Of a stretch of 64,000 nt of DNA, positions 12,774-27,659 are shown in pieces (positions within the stretch are counted from its first letter, which is position 1; every line of letters starts with the position of its first letter). A model generated the notes under the pieces. That model had not been told where the DNA came from. It was given only the letters and a program-made list of their open reading frames with translations, and searched no databases. Made by a program: the position numbers and the translations under genes. The stretch lies in the NCBI GenBank assembly GCA_030141605.1, contig JAQGDQ010000819.1, forward strand, positions 27,969 to 91,968, read 5' to 3'. This DNA comes from Tubiluchus corallicola. Taxonomy: Eukaryota > Animalia > Priapulida.

Positions 12774-13642
12774 AGATGGGCTACTGCTTGTTGTGTGGTA
12801 GCTTTGTACTTGTTCGTTATATGGCACTTATATAGCAACTGATCTCTGTAACTGCCTGTGGTGTGTTATACTATGCTTGTTTTACATGAATATGAACGGA
12901 TACAATGAAACTTCGGTGCCTTAGGCTATAACCTACCAGGTAGTTAGCCTCTTAGTTAATACGCACCTGGCTAATGTTAAATTCAGATGTTGCAAGGCAC
13001 ACCTAGTCAAACAGTCAGCAATTATCTAGTATCTACAGCATGTTTTTTATGTAAGGAGATAATTCTCTGAAGGACTTTGGAGATCCTAGTCTGAAATTGA
13101 CAATGAATAATACCCATTTCTTTAAAACTTGTTGCATACGCACACGGATGCACACGGGTAGTAACACGACTTGCACATAACTCAAACAATCTCATTTATA
13201 TAAGCACTAGATGGGCTACTGCTTGTTGTGTGGTAGCTTTGTACTTGTTCGTTATATGGCACTTATATAGCAACTGATCTCTGTAACTGCCTGTGGTGTG
13301 TTATACTATGCTTGTTTTACATGAATATGAACGGATACAATGAAACTTCGGTGCCTTAGGCTATAACCTACCAGGTAGTTAGCCTCTTAGTTAATACGCA
13401 CCTGGCTAATGTTAAATTCAGATGTTGCAAGGCACACCTAGTCAAACAGTCAGCAATTATCTAGTATCTACAGCATGTTTTTTATGTAAGGAGATAATTC
13501 TCTGAAGGACTTTGGAGATCCTAGTCTGAAATTGACAATGAATAATACCCATTTCTTTAAAACTTGTTGCATACGCACACGGATGCACACGGGTAGTAAC
13601 ACGACTTGCACATAACTCAAACAATCTCATTTATATAAGCAC
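12774..13642. repeat. 435-bp-period direct tandem duplication
   Basis: 12774-13207 repeated at 13209-13642; no difference seen by eye. Confidence 0.95.
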
Positions 13643-14008
13643 CCATATACTTCTCGCAACTGCCAGTCTAATCAGCTCCAATTACTGATATTTACGCAAT
13701 TACGAAATAAGTAAAAAAGTAACAATAATGTCCATCTTAAGCGAATTGTTGATTTCGTTGCAACTTTGTCCATTTAAATACTAGTTCTTGTTACCTTGTA
13801 CTTTAAATGAGCATGCACAACTTTCCTAGCCAAAAGATTTGCACTATTATTTATTATTTGGGATGTATATTTGGTAAAATTCTGTCGTTTAATTCTAGTC
13901 ACTTTATATACTCTTATATTCACTCTTGCAATCATGTACAAAATTAGCTATGTGTACTCTGTTTGTATATATTACAACTCTGTACATCTTATTTACTACC
14001 TTTGTGTA

Positions 14009-14480
14009 CAGTCAACCTCGGGTATAAGGTACTCGCTTATAAGGGACCACCAACACAGGTCCCGATTTTTCGTAACGTTTTTCCTTATAAAAATATTTGT
14101 ATATAAGGTACTCGGATATAAGGGACTTTCGGTTATAACGGACGATGTCTTCAGGTCCCGCATAACAGAAACCCAAGTAAATTACCTCGCATATAAGGGA
14201 CCCTGTGATCAAAGCAAAATTGATTGATTTTTAACCTAAATTTTTCGAAAACTCGGCCTTTGAACAGCTCGGTTTCCGCGGTCACATACATCTCGCATCA
14301 CTGAAGGAGCTTCCTACATACCGTTTGCACGGAATGTGTAGCAATAATCCATAAAAATACGGGTAAAAGTACAGGTCTAGATACACCCTCGGTCTGACTC
14401 AACTTCGGCTATGAGGGACAAAGGATATAAGGCAGGATTTTTTCCGGTCTCGACGTGCCCCTTATATCCGAGATTGACTG
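14009..14480 (+). mobile_element. Tc1/pogo(Tigger)-like MITE family D, copy 1
   Basis: TA|CAGTCAACCTCGG...CCGAGATTGACTG; internal TATAAGG repeats; homolog at 29689-30152. Confidence 0.8.
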
Positions 14481-14714
14481 CATTACTTTTTACTCGAGTC
14501 TAGCAAGACTATGTTTAACAGATCAGGAACAGTGTAGCATTAACATTGTTATTAAATTGAGTAAGAATTAAACTTGATCCATGTTGATAATCCGTTGTTC
14601 ATGAAATGCCTCCAAAGTTTTCATAATTCAGAGTTTGCTGATAACTTATGTCATTGTAATTGTTTTATTAATAATTAAATTGTGGCTTTATCTGTGATCA
14701 GTGTGACATGCTTA

Positions 14715-15607
14715 GTATTTATTTATATAGTATTTAGTTATATAGTGTTATGTAGTATTTAGTTACATAGTGTTATATACTATTTAGTTACGTAGTGTTA
14801 TATAGTATTTAGTTACACAGTGTTATATAGTGTTTAGTTACACAGTGTTATATAGTATTTAGTTACACAGTGTTATATACTATTTAGTTACACAGTGTTA
14901 TATAGTATTTAGTTACACAGTGTTATATAGTGTTTAGTTACATAGTGTTATATAGTGTTTAGTTACACAGTGTTATATAGTGTTTAGTTACATAGTGTTA
15001 TATAGTATTTAGTTACACAGTGTTATATAGTATTTAGTTACACAGTGTTATATAGTATTTAGTTACACAGTGTTATATAGTATTTAGTTACACAGTGTTA
15101 TATAGTATTTAGTTACACAGTGTTATATAGTATTTAGTTACACAGTGTTATATAGTATTTAGTTACACAGTGTTATATAGTATTTAGTTACACAGTGTTA
15201 TATAGTATTTAGTTACACAGTGTTATATAGTATTTAGTTACACAGTGTTATATAGTATTTAGTTACACAGTGTTATATAGTGTTTAGTTACACAGTGTTA
15301 TATAGTATTTAGTTACACAGTGTTATATAGTGTTTAGTTACACAGTGTTATATAGTATTTAGTTACACAGTGTTATATAGTATTTAGTTACACAGTGTTA
15401 TATAGTATTTAGTTACACAGTGTTATATAGTATTTAGTTACACAGTGTTATATAGTATTTAGTTACACAGTGTTATATAGTATTTAGTTACATAGTGTTA
15501 TATAGTATTTAGTTACACAGTGTTATATAGTATTTAGTTACACAGTGTTATATAGTATTTAGTTACACAGTGTTATATAGTATTTAGTTACACAGTGTTA
15601 TATAGTA
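14715..15607. repeat. 25-bp minisatellite, ~35 copies
   Basis: Unit AGTGTTATATAGTATTTAGTTACAC. Confidence 0.95.
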
Positions 15608-16007
15608 TACAATAATTGTAACAGAACTACATTAGTATACTATAGCGTGGTATAGTTAGGGAAAAAATTCGAAATACAATTAGAAAAACTTAACAGAAGT
15701 ATATTAACATAGTTACTAAACTACATAATAGTTTGTCAACAAGAAATAGATGCTGCATGGTGGTCAAGAAGCAAAGCTTGTAAGACCACCGTGAAAAGTG
15801 AAGAAAAAACGACTTAATTTACAAGAGAGAGAATTATAGGAAAACAGGGAGTAGTTAAGATAAAATAATAGACAGAGATAGAGAAAAAGAGAGAAGAAAT
15901 GAAATAGAAAGGAGTTGTAAAAAAATTCTTGTTAAAAGCAAGTATAATGTAGTGTGTAGTGATAATATTGTAACTGCTTATAGATTGTCTGTGATTGATG
16001 CTTAATC

Positions 16008-16821
16008 TGTGATGTACACTGCCTATGTGCTGTGATGTACACTGCCTATGTGCTGTGATGTACACTGCCTATGTGCTGTGATGTACACTGCCTATGTGCT
16101 GTGATGTACACTGCCCATGTGCTGTGATGTACACTGCCTATGTGCTGTGATGTACACTGCCTATGTGCTGTGATGTACACTGCCTATGTGCTGTGATGTA
16201 CACTGCCTATGTGCTGTGATGTACACTGCCTATGTGCTGTGATGTACACTGCCTATGTGCTGTGATGTACACTGCCTATGTGCTGTGATGTGCACTGCCC
16301 ATGTGCTGTGATGTACACTGCCCATGTGCTGTGATGTGCACTGCCCATGTGCTGTGATGTGCACTGCCCATGTGCTGTGATGTACACTGCCTATGTGCTG
16401 TGATGTACACTGCCCATGTGCTGTGATGTACACTGCCCATATGCTGTGATGTACACTGCCCATGTGCTGTGATGTACACTGCCCATGTGCTGTGATGTAC
16501 ACTGCCCATGTGCTGTGATGTACATTGCCCATGTGCTGTGATGTACACTGCCCATGTGCTGTGATGTACACTGCCCATGTGCTGTGATGTACACTGCCTA
16601 CGTGCTGTGATGTACACTGCCTATGTGCTCTGATGTACACTGCCCATGTGCTGTGATGTACACTGCCTATGTGCTGTGATGTACACTGCCTATGTGCTGT
16701 GATGTACACTGCCCATGTGCTGTGATGTACTGCCCATGTGCTGTGATGTACACTGCCTATGTGCTGTGATGTACTCTGCCTATGTGCTGTGATGTACATT
16801 GCTTATGTGCTGTGATGTACT
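16008..16821. repeat. 23-bp minisatellite, ~35 copies
   Basis: Unit GTGATGTACACTGCCYATGTGCT. Confidence 0.95.
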
Positions 16822-19800
16822 CTTATTTTAGGCAATTCCTGTATTAGGACTAACTGAAGCAATGATTAACATTAATATTAACTGTCTTGTATTGCATTTT
16901 TATTCAAAGGACAAGATCAGTGAATTTCATGAACACCTCGTCTTGAAAGTTTTACATTGCGTACGTGTAATCTCACTGTACCCAAAATTCACGATTTGAA
17001 TGTTACGTCATTTTCATGAATAAGATTAATGGTGATTATGTTTCTGATGCATGTTGGGATTGCTGATCTCTGGAATCATGGTAGTTTTTTTAGTTGTTGG
17101 CAAGAATTTAGTGGAATTTTTTTAGCATTCTGTACTTTTAAAATCACTGATCTTTCCCTTTAATTCACAGATTAGAAACATCTTGCAAATTTTATTTACA
17201 TTACCGCCAGTGTTGTATTCATGTGTTATTTAGTACATGCTGTTTAGCTTTCTATAGATGCTCTGTTGTTTTTGATCATATTTCCCATTCATTGAAACAA
17301 ATCTCATTTGATGCTTGAATTCTTATGTGTACTGGAAGAGACATAATCCACTGAGCTTTTTCCATTCTTTTGACTATAATCCGCTTAGCACAAATGACCT
17401 CTTAGCCATTAACCAGGATTTTTACTGAATCTGGTCACTTTGACATCTAACAAACTATTGTGCTTCGTTATAACATTCTTCGTTATAATTTATAAAACAG
17501 CAAACTCGAGCTTAGAAATAAAACCATATCGTAATTATCATCTACACATAACAATTGTCTTATATTTGTTATTTTTTACAATGTAGTAGTTTTATGTTTT
17601 GTACATACCTCTAAGTTTTCATACGCACTTATTTATTTACTTAGTCGCTTCATTGCTGTCCATTAACGCAGCACGTATGACAAACTACTTTTATATAACC
17701 TGTTTTTATATAATGGTGTAAATTTAGCGCAGGCTTCGCTACTCAAATGAAAACTGTTTTGTAACTTAATGCCCGCTGTTTTGCTTAAGTAGTGCTATTG
17801 ATATGTGGTTGTTGTTATCATGTACTCTCTGTATGAGTGATCAATGTATGATAGATGTATAAACACTACTAATACACAACGTGTATTTTATCAAAAAATT
17901 CAACTAAGTATGATGTTTCATTGTAATGAACTACTTTAACCCTTAACCGACCAAGCTGGGGTAAAAAATTACCACAGGAGTGTCTGCTCGCATTTCTTTA
18001 TATCGATGCACACAACGAAAAATGTTCAAACTAATAGTTATTAAACATTTTTCAATTTGTTTTGCAGCCATACATTGGTTTTGTGGAAAAGTATCATTCA
18101 TGCTTTTTTACAAAGCGCGGGTGCCAGATAGTTCTTGGTGTAGGGTAACTTATTGAACTGCCTATTCAATTCTGCTGAGATGTGTCCCACCTGAGAATAT
18201 GAGTTACCCCGATTTCATAGTTTTTGATCATCAACATTTGTCATCATTATAAAATGTCAAATGCTCACAAGTCAAATTGCACAAACAAAATGATTAATAA
18301 GCTTCTCATTTATTACAAACCATAATAATTATGTTCATAAACTGATTGTACAATTCACCAAAATACAAGTCGTAGTTATGCTACCTTTAACAGTTATAAT
18401 GCTGCGTTTTAATTATTATGAGTTAAACTTTTTTGAGAAAATGTGTTTTATAATTCTTGTTCAAAAGTAAAGCCGCCTGTACAAACTTGTGTTATACCCT
18501 CTAATCTTCTTCAATGATTCCTCCAAGTGACCCTTGAAAGCATTAACAATGGCAGAGTTCACAGCGTCCTTCGTTGACCGGTTCCGGGCATTAATAACGC
18601 TTCGGCTGAAATTCTTCTAAGATCAAGTCTAGACGTTCTTTTCACTAATTTCTTGCAGTGAACAGATGGCACGAGTGATAGCGTAATTTCATCAAAATTT
18701 AGAGAGTGGAACGTGTTCAGTAAAGCCGACGTCAAGGCTAGCGGTAGAAATATCCAGGGGTTGTACACGTAGTGGCAGTGGCTAGGTTGTCATCAAACCC
18801 GCGGGCTCTTGAGCTTGTACACTTCACCACCAGGGGCTGGAATGGAAAAGCATCTGAAATCTGTTACTCTACCCAGCTGATTTATACGACGCATCATTGA
18901 TGCTGAAACAAAAAGAAGTTTATTTTTGTAACATGCGGCATGTTTCAAGGGTATTACCTATATGATCATTGCCAAAAATAAGCCTTAAAATGACACAATG
19001 AACTTTATTATCCACCCCCCACCCCCAACTTGATTACTGCTCTGGGTTATAAACAACTTAACACTGTTTATAAAACTGTTTATAACTCTGCCTGTGGCAA
19101 CACTTTTACAGCCAAATAAAAACTTGCTCTGCCTGTGGCAACACTGGACTAGCTTTTGTCTTTTTTATATACTGAATGGTGTGATGTGAACCCCTTCGGT
19201 TGTTTGGTGTGGTATTTATTTACTCTGCACACTCTGTGTAACTGAACTGATTTTGGAACCGTATTTTATTTCACTCAAGAACTTATAAATGGTACGTATA
19301 TTTTTCATATTTACGATAAAAAATTGTTGTCTCTTTTACTAAACATAATACTGTTTGATACAGAATAGAATTTAAAAATCAGAAACTCATACATTAGCTT
19401 ACAGTCCAGTCAAATTAGTGCAAAATGTGTGATGCGAACAAAAATCTCTCTCTTTCCCTCCCTTCCTCTCCCTGTTGTTATTTCTCTCCCACTTGGTGCT
19501 TCTTCTACATTTATGCTTGCTTTTGCAACAGCTGAATATATTGTCATCATCTGTTACGATATATGAAGAAAACTATTTCCAAAGCAAAGAAAGAAAAAGG
19601 ATTTTTACATAGTTTTCTTAAAGCTGGACACAGGTAACCTTATTTGAAGTATTATATACAAACATTTAGACGTAACAACCTAAAGTACAGTACCTGTTTT
19701 GCTGTGAAAACTAGCACACTCAAGAAGTTTGTTTGTTTGTTTATCTATTGATAGTACAAGTTTATTGCTCTTGCACTTTGTTCTCAATTGTAAATAAATT

Positions 19801-20053
19801 GTTTATGCTGAACAGTAAATGCAGTACAACTTGGACTTTTAGTCTCTTATAAGCAACGATTTTCAATAAAGAATTTTTCTGCTTCTGTAATAGTGATTAT
19901 TGGCTATTAAAGATATATTAGTTTCTGTTAATTCAAAATTGATTTTAGCAGATGGCGACACCAGCGATGCAAACAATGCCAGTAATAATTATTTTGTAGA
20001 ATGCTGTGACATCTATTGATGAGAAATAAAACGAATTTCACGTATCTAGAACA

Positions 20054-23000
20054 ATGTTGGAACGTAACGGAAATTCTGAAGGGCTGCCATTTCACCGTGA
20101 AACGGTTCAACATACACGATATATTGTTGACAGAGATGTATTTACACAGGTAAGTAGAAGTATTTATGATAATTATGAAGTCAAGTGGCCTGAATAAAGG
20201 CTAGACAATGAACCTGAAGATGTTAAACGGCTCATCAATTTGAACTCGTTTTTTTACCTCAAGGATTTTATATCATACACCTAAAGTAGCTTGATGGTAA
20301 CCACGTCAAAAAGCCAGTACCGTTACACCTTTACTTGAGGAACTAATGAGTTATAACTTGCATATTACTAACGTTATTGATGTGATATGATGTAGTCCCT
20401 ATACTCTACAGACTACTAGCTAAACCAAAATCAAAGTCTACTTGGCTTCTTTGATAGCAGAATAAAGATTATTGGTTTACAGAAAGCTGTGTTATCATGT
20501 TATAATTTTTCTCTATTTAAACTTTAATAAGAGAGTTAGAACCAGAATTAAAGCATGAAATTAACAATCTAATTACTCTGATTAATGAATATCTATAAAA
20601 GCAAAACGAATTTAGAAACAAAATCAATCTCTGACAAACTTTGTACAATTAGAGTAAAACACCGACTGTAGATGGCAGCATAGACTAATTCAGTACTTTA
20701 GTGTAGTAGACTGACAATTAAATAGAACACATAATACTACAATCGCATACTCGGTACAATAAGCGACAACAGTCTCATACTTCATTACTTCTAATGCATT
20801 CCCAATGTTTCTCAAGCTTTTGTTGATGGCGCCCCCTTTCCAGAACCCTGCATCATATCGCCACTCCATGAAGAACATAATCACATGTTATATCATTAAA
20901 CATCATTATCATTCGCATTTACTAATCTAAGCTTACTGCTGTATTCAGCAAATTATTGAACAATGAGTGACAGCAAATTATTGAACAATGAGTGGCAGCA
21001 AATTATTGAACAATGAGTGGCAGCAAATTATTGAACAATGAGTGACAGCAAATTATTGAACAATGAGTGACAGCAAATTATTGAACAATGAGTGACAGCA
21101 AATTATTGAACAATGAGTGACAGCAAATTATTGAACAATGAGTTTATTATTAATTCATTAATGTTATGGTTGCACCTGTTTCCCAGCGACCAGTAATGCA
21201 ACAGCAATAGGTATCCAAGGTAAAATGAATAGGGACACGCTTTCGGGCGGTGTACACTGTACGCAAGTGTACAGCATGGAACGACGTGCATTTTCGTTTT
21301 CCCGGAAAATCAAGCACTGGCGTACCGCATTTAGAGCGGGAAAACCCAGTTTCACTTTCCTGAACAAAATGATGTAATGAGAGACTGAGGAAACAAGACC
21401 TACTTACGTACTTTTCATGAAAAGAGTATTTTTTAAGAATAGCTTCTAGACTAGCTTGCGACTCCACAAAAAGTACTTGGCGACCCCAATTGGGGCTTGC
21501 GAGCCCAATGTTGGGAACCCTTGACGTAGTCCTATCGCAGTATTTGTACAACCTTATGATAAAGGAAGTTCGTTTCTCATTTATTAGCACCTTTATTCAT
21601 ATTTCAGCCAGGGTTTGATGAAGTCCACGGAAAAGAAGATCTCACGGAGCCGAACATTCGCACAAAGACGGCAAACTATGCCAGGAAACATCTTCTGTGT
21701 ACGAGACAGAAATGCCAGCAGTTTGTTGTTACCCTCCTGCCATTCTTGCAACAGTTATACATGTACAAACCAAAGAAATACATCTTTGGTGATATTGTTT
21801 CGGGATTCACGATATCCGTCATGCACATACCTCAGGTACTTTGTTCTTAACGGGTTGCACTGGGTTGAAAGTCTAGGGGGGTTGTTTGCATGACTCTGTA
21901 TGCATTTTTCGGGCTAAAAATGCTTAAACCTTTCACTACGGAAGGCGGCACACTGCAGCCTATGTTTTTTCTTGTAAGGGACGGAAGGCGGTAGACTGCA
22001 CAGTCATCCAGGTCTGTTTATTTCACTGCTACGGCCATGGAAAAACATTGTAGAAAAGTTTAACAACCGTGGGATTGGGGTTGCTTTGCAACAAAAGTAA
22101 TGCTAACCAGCCAATCGGCATCTGAAGCCAGGTGCATTCCATAATACTGTACTGTATAGTACGTTCTCATGTAAAGTTGCTTGTTGGTAGTTGGTGAAAC
22201 ATGTTTAGTCACTTGTTCTGCATTCTTATAAAATAATTGCATATTATGGATTAGCAGGTAATATGGACTTTTGTGAAAACTGGCTTCTAAATATAAGTAT
22301 GTACTCATTTGTGTGGATGTGCGTGTGCGTGCGTGCATGCATGAGTGCATATATGTGTGCGCAGATGTGTGTGCATGTGTATAAATGAAACTAATATTCA
22401 ATATTAGTGTTTAATAACAATTTAATAACAATATTTGTTTATTTACAAGATTGTGTTTTAGTAACACAACCACAAGAAGTTATTGTCAAATATGCAAAAG
22501 CCAATGCGGCCCAGTTGAAAAGCAACTACGTAGTGAAAGGGTTAAGACTGCTGTGTTATTTCAATATTATGCTCAAAACGGCTTTCTCAGAAGCAACATC
22601 GACTGCGGCACACAAAATGCAGATTCATTCATAGCAAATAATTTTTTTATACACACAATGGCATTTAACAAACTCTGTGCACGTTTTTTTATCACTGTGT
22701 AGAAAAAGTAAGAGGAAAAGTGACTGGATTCAAAAGTAAATTTGGTGTTTTAAAACACAGCCAAATGTGTAGTTCATTTCTTGATGTGTCGGTTTTGTAT
22801 GCAGGTTAGTCAGTTTTAGTAAGTTGCACATCTTGCTTAACTGTGAAAAATTATGTAATGTAACTGTAATGTAATGTTATGTAATGTAATGGAACTGTAA
22901 TGTAATGTTATGTAATGTAATGTAATGTAACTGTAATGTAATGTAATGTAACTGTAATGTAATGTAACTGTAATGTAATGTTATGTAATGTAACTGTAAT

Positions 23001-26000
23001 GTAATGTTATGTAATGTCATGTAATGTAACTGTAATGTAATGTAACTGTAATGTAATGTTATGTAATGTAACTGTAATGTAATCTAACTGTAATGTAATG
23101 TTAGGTAATGTAACTGTAATGTAATGTTATGTAATGTAACTGTAATGTAATGTCATCTAATGTAACTGTAACGGTATGTTATGTAATGTAATGTTATGTA
23201 ATGTAACTGTAATGTAATGTAACTGTAATGTTATGTAATGTAACTGTAATTTAATGTTATGTAATGTAACTGTAATGTAATGTCATGTAATGTAACTGCA
23301 ATGTAATGTAACTGTAATGTAATGTTACGTAATGTAACTGGTTGACTACAGCAATACTTTCATATTCATCAACTTTTCTGTTAAGGGAATGGCATACGGT
23401 CTCTTGGCTTCACTATCACCTGTAAATGGATTGTACACCTCTTTCTTTCCACCTCTAGTTTACTTCTTCTTCGGAACTTCTCGACATATATCCATTGGTA
23501 TGTAACCTAGCAGGGCAAAAGTTTCACTATTTCCTGCTTTTTTACTGTGCAGTATCAGAGGGAGTGTTGCTAATTTTGCCAGGAAAAATCTTTAGTCAGA
23601 CAGCATGTGTCTTTTTGTATATTTCTTACAAAACATACACAAAGTATGTTTCTTACGGTTTCTGTACGAATTCTGGAAAGGCTTAACTCTGTACTGTGTT
23701 CAACTACTTAATTAGGTAAAAGCAGGTAGTGAAAAAAAACTGTGACCTGCAATGAGAATTGAAAATTTTTGAGTACCTACTATGATCTTATATGATCTTA
23801 AAGAAAGACCGGACGATTGTTTAGACTCAATTTCATGTTAATTTACTGTCAAAAAGATACATTTTCTTGCCTATAAAAGTTAGCAATTGTTTCTTATATT
23901 TGAATAATTAGCTTAGAGAGTTAATTAATGGAAACCGAACACAGCTATTGCTTACGTCAGAAACCAGCCACAGTTTGCGCAACGGTTACAGTACTGCTTA
24001 AACGCATTATGTCACGAAAAATTGGCTTTACATCATATGACATCAGAAACTAACACTGTAGCTCATGATCATGGTCATTACCGTACCGCCTTCTACTTAT
24101 CGGCCACGCGAATGTGACAAAAAGACGCCGTTGCCAATCTTAGTAGATTCACTGAGCCGCACGTAGCTTTGGAAGTTTAACGAAATTTGAGTATCCGACG
24201 TAATTATTATTTAATCTAAGCTTTGATTTAAAAAAAAAACTATTTTAGTTTTCAACATTTTAGAGCATTCTTTATTCTGAACTCGTGTTTACACAATCAT
24301 CCGGTTTTACTTTAAACATTGGTAACTGGGCGGGACTTTTAGACTAGCAACATATTTGGGAGTAGATCACTGTGACTTTGACTTACAGAGCCAGAGATTT
24401 TGAAACTTTTACACGATTTGCAATTTTTTTTAGCAAATATAATATAATTTTTCTATGTCGCTGTTTACAGGTACGTTTGCGGTCATAAGCTTAATGATAG
24501 CCGGAGTTGTAGATGAGTATGCACCACAAGAAAATTCTGATCGAGATGTTCTCGTGGACAAAGCAACTAGCGTCCCTGGAACTTTTGACACAGGTGTGCA
24601 TGCATATATAATGTAATCAGCACTTCTGAAGCTGAGCTTCCGATAAAATTCCTCTTTGCTTAGAAAGTTGTTGCTTCATCAAGCAGGCATTATCGAAGCA
24701 GCCACACAAAATCTTGGAAAAAAAATCCCTTGATTTTTGTAAAAATTCAAAAAGATGACTAACATTTCAAAACATCGATGAGTCTGAAAAACTGCTGTCT
24801 GATTGTGGATTTTTTATATAATGTGGAAGTACTCTGTTGCACTAGATCAGTGGTTCTTAACCTGGTGTCCTGGTACTGTAATGTAATGTAACTGTAATGT
24901 AATGTAATGTAACTGTAATGTAATGTTATGTAATGTAACTGTAACAAAATCACATACTCGCTAACAAAATGTTGTCTTTAGGTTCCCAAGAATACACTGC
25001 TGTCCAGGTCGCGACGGCTCTTACAATACTCGTCGGATTCTTTCACATTGCGATGTATTTACTCCGTCTCGGTTCTCTCACTACGTTCCTATCGGATCAA
25101 CTCATCGGCGGTTTCACGGTGGGCGCCGCAATGCACGTGATCGTGTCCCAAGCTAAGAACATTCTGGGTTTGACAATCGAAAGTTTTAACGGTGCATTTA
25201 AGCTTGTTTACACGCTGATTGAGATCTTCAAGAACATAACAAAGGTCAACATAGTAGAAATTATAATATCATTGGCTTGTATAATTGCTATGGTTATCGT
25301 TAAGCAACTTCTAGATCCCCACACTAAGCGATATATAAAAATGCCAATACCAATTGAGGTTATTGTTGTAATTGTGTCCACCGGAATAACGTACGCTTTT
25401 GATTTTAATACCTTGTACAATGTAAGTATAGTGGGCGAGATCCCAACCGGTATACCTAAACCTGAAACTCCTCCAGTTGAATTACTAGGCGATTCTTTCG
25501 TGATTGGTGAAGCATTTATGATAGCCATCGTTTCCTTCACCGTATCCGTATCAATGGCAAAAATCTTGGCTAAAGAACATGGATATCAAATAGACACCAA
25601 TCAGGAGCTGTTTGCGCAAGGCTGCGCAAATGTGGTGACTGCTTTCTTTTCCGGTTTTGCTTCGTGTGCATCGTTATCAAGAAGTTTAGTGCAGTCCAAC
25701 GTGGGCGGAGTAACACAAGTATCTAGTATAATATCGTGCATTATCATGTTGTTCGTGCTGCTTCTAATTGGTCCACTGTTTGAAACGCTTCCCACAGCCG
25801 TGCTTGCGTCAATTATAGTCGTAGCTTTGAAAGGGGTGCTTATGAAATACAGAGAACTTCCATCTTTGTGGCGATCGTCCAAATCCGATTTCTTCATATG
25901 GTTCATCACATGGACGGCAACGGTGTTTCTTGACGTTAAATATGGGCTGATTCTCGGAGTGGGTTGGTCACTCTTAACTATAGTATGGCTCACACAACGA

Positions 26001-26717
26001 CCGTACATTGCCATTATGGGGCAGCTGTCCGACAGTAATATTTACAAAGACATTACAGTCTACGATCAGGCAAAGCAGATTGCTGGAATAAAAATATTCC
26101 GGTTCGAAGCATCGCTCTATTTTGCGAATGCTGAGTTTTTCCGCAACAGACTGTACAAAATGTCGGGCATAAATCTGTACAAACTCAAGAAGCAGATTGA
26201 GAAGGACAAAGAAACAGAGTTGATCAGAGAAGCAACGAACAGCAACGTACAACTGACACAATTTGACAAAAAGGAAGAGGCCACATCAAGAAACAAATAT
26301 TCCACTGATACTGCATACATAATTGTCGATTGTTCGATGTTTGGGCACATCGATCTAGTCGGCGTTAACACACTTACTCAAGTGATTGCCGAATTTGACG
26401 AGGTCGGCGTAACGGTAATCTTAGCAGACTGCAAGAATAAGGTGCGGAAAATGTTTTTGCAGACCAATTTCTTCGACAAGGTATCAAGGGACAGACTGCT
26501 GTTCACTGTTCACGATGCAGTGCTGTTTGCAAAAGACGAAATGGCACAAAACCAGAAGAGAAGAATCACACAGAGGGCATCGCAAAACCACTTCATCAAC
26601 GGAAAACTCAGTGGAAAAGGTACTTGTGAAAACTCGGGAATGGAATCCACTTTCGATAGCCTGTCGTTTACTACACCTCGTCATGCCTTAGTAGGACAGA
26701 CATCTATTAGGCTATAG
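20054..26717 (+). CDS. SLC26 family anion transporter (prestin/pendrin-like), paralog 2; 5 coding exons, ~764 aa
   Basis: Exons 20054-20149, 21608-21835, 23386-23497, 24471-24593, 24982-26717; same intron positions and phases as paralog 1 (exons 2 and 3 are again 228 and 112 nt); 2295 nt; same SLC26 and STAS motifs. Confidence 0.95.
20946..21142. repeat. 25-bp minisatellite, ~8 copies
   Basis: Unit CAGCAAATTATTGAACAATGAGTGA. Confidence 0.95.
22852..23340. repeat. (TGTAA)n-based compound microsatellite; shorter copy at 24876-24945
   Basis: TGTAA, TGTAAC and TGTTA units. Confidence 0.95.
23798..24315 (+). mobile_element. Kolobok-like MITE family, copy 2
   Basis: TTAA|AGAAAGACCGGACGATTGT...ACAATCATCCGGTTTTACT|TTAA; body homologous to copy 1. 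Confidence 0.75.
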
Positions 26718-26991
26718 ATATGAAGCTTACAGCAGTGACTTTCAAGCATTTGTGAAATTTTAGCTGTACTTAGAATGTAAAACTTTTCTTTAGCTTTTGT
26801 AAGAACTGTCTTTGCACAACAAAAATCTCAACTTGCACATGTACTTGCCATTGCAAACAAGCGATAGAAATTTAACAAGACAGTAGTTGCTTAAGATGGC
26901 TGTCGTGGTCACTCATAGTTTTAGCCACTTTGCAAACATTAAAAGCCAGTGCTAAACTTACGTTACCGAGTACTTAGAGTTTCATTTACTA

Positions 26992-27573
26992 CAGTCTAGC
27001 CTCGTTATCTCGCCCCTCGTTATGCTGCCAAACTCGTCTCTCGCCATAGAAAGTACCAGGACGGATTTCCTGCTTTGATATTTAGATATTCCCGCCACCC
27101 TCGCTTCTCGCCCTTGCCACGTCATGCTAGGATGAGTGCTTATGTAAACTATATTCGTTATGTCACCAAACAGACAAACTCAGAGGTGAATCGATCAATA
27201 CATATACCGCGTGTCGATCAATATAACCGCGGTATGTAGACAATGCTGCTGTACTCGATAGACAGACATAATTAATCTAGTGTGTGTCTCACCAGGATTA
27301 GATTAGGAGTGCTGTGGTTGGTTAATGCATTTTTTAAATAAAAAAGTAACATTCTAAAATTATTTTTATGATATTTTTTCATTTCTGATTTAATGTTGAT
27401 TGGTATCATAATGCGAAATATATTTTATATGTACATAGAGGAACACTATGTTAATCAACTATTATGTATATACATATAGACTAACTTCGTTATATTCCCG
27501 TTATCTCGCCATACTCGCCTCTCGCCAAAAATTTGCCCTAGACGGACAGTGGCGAGATAACGAGACTAGACTG
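26992..27573. mobile_element. Tc1/pogo-like MITE between the convergent SLC26-2 and UTP3 3' ends
   Basis: 23-bp terminal inverted repeat (TIR) CAGTCTAGCCTCGTTATCTCGCC with 1 mismatch; TA on both sides. Confidence 0.85.
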
Positions 27574-27659
27574 TATCTTATGTAACAGCATTATACATTT
27601 GTTAGTAAATACATGTGTCATTAAACAAAATGAACTGCAAAAAACAAAACGATTTACCA

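Noticed and set aside
16230-16799. His-rich repeat ORFs
   Set aside because: Frame-cycling translations of the 23-bp minisatellite.
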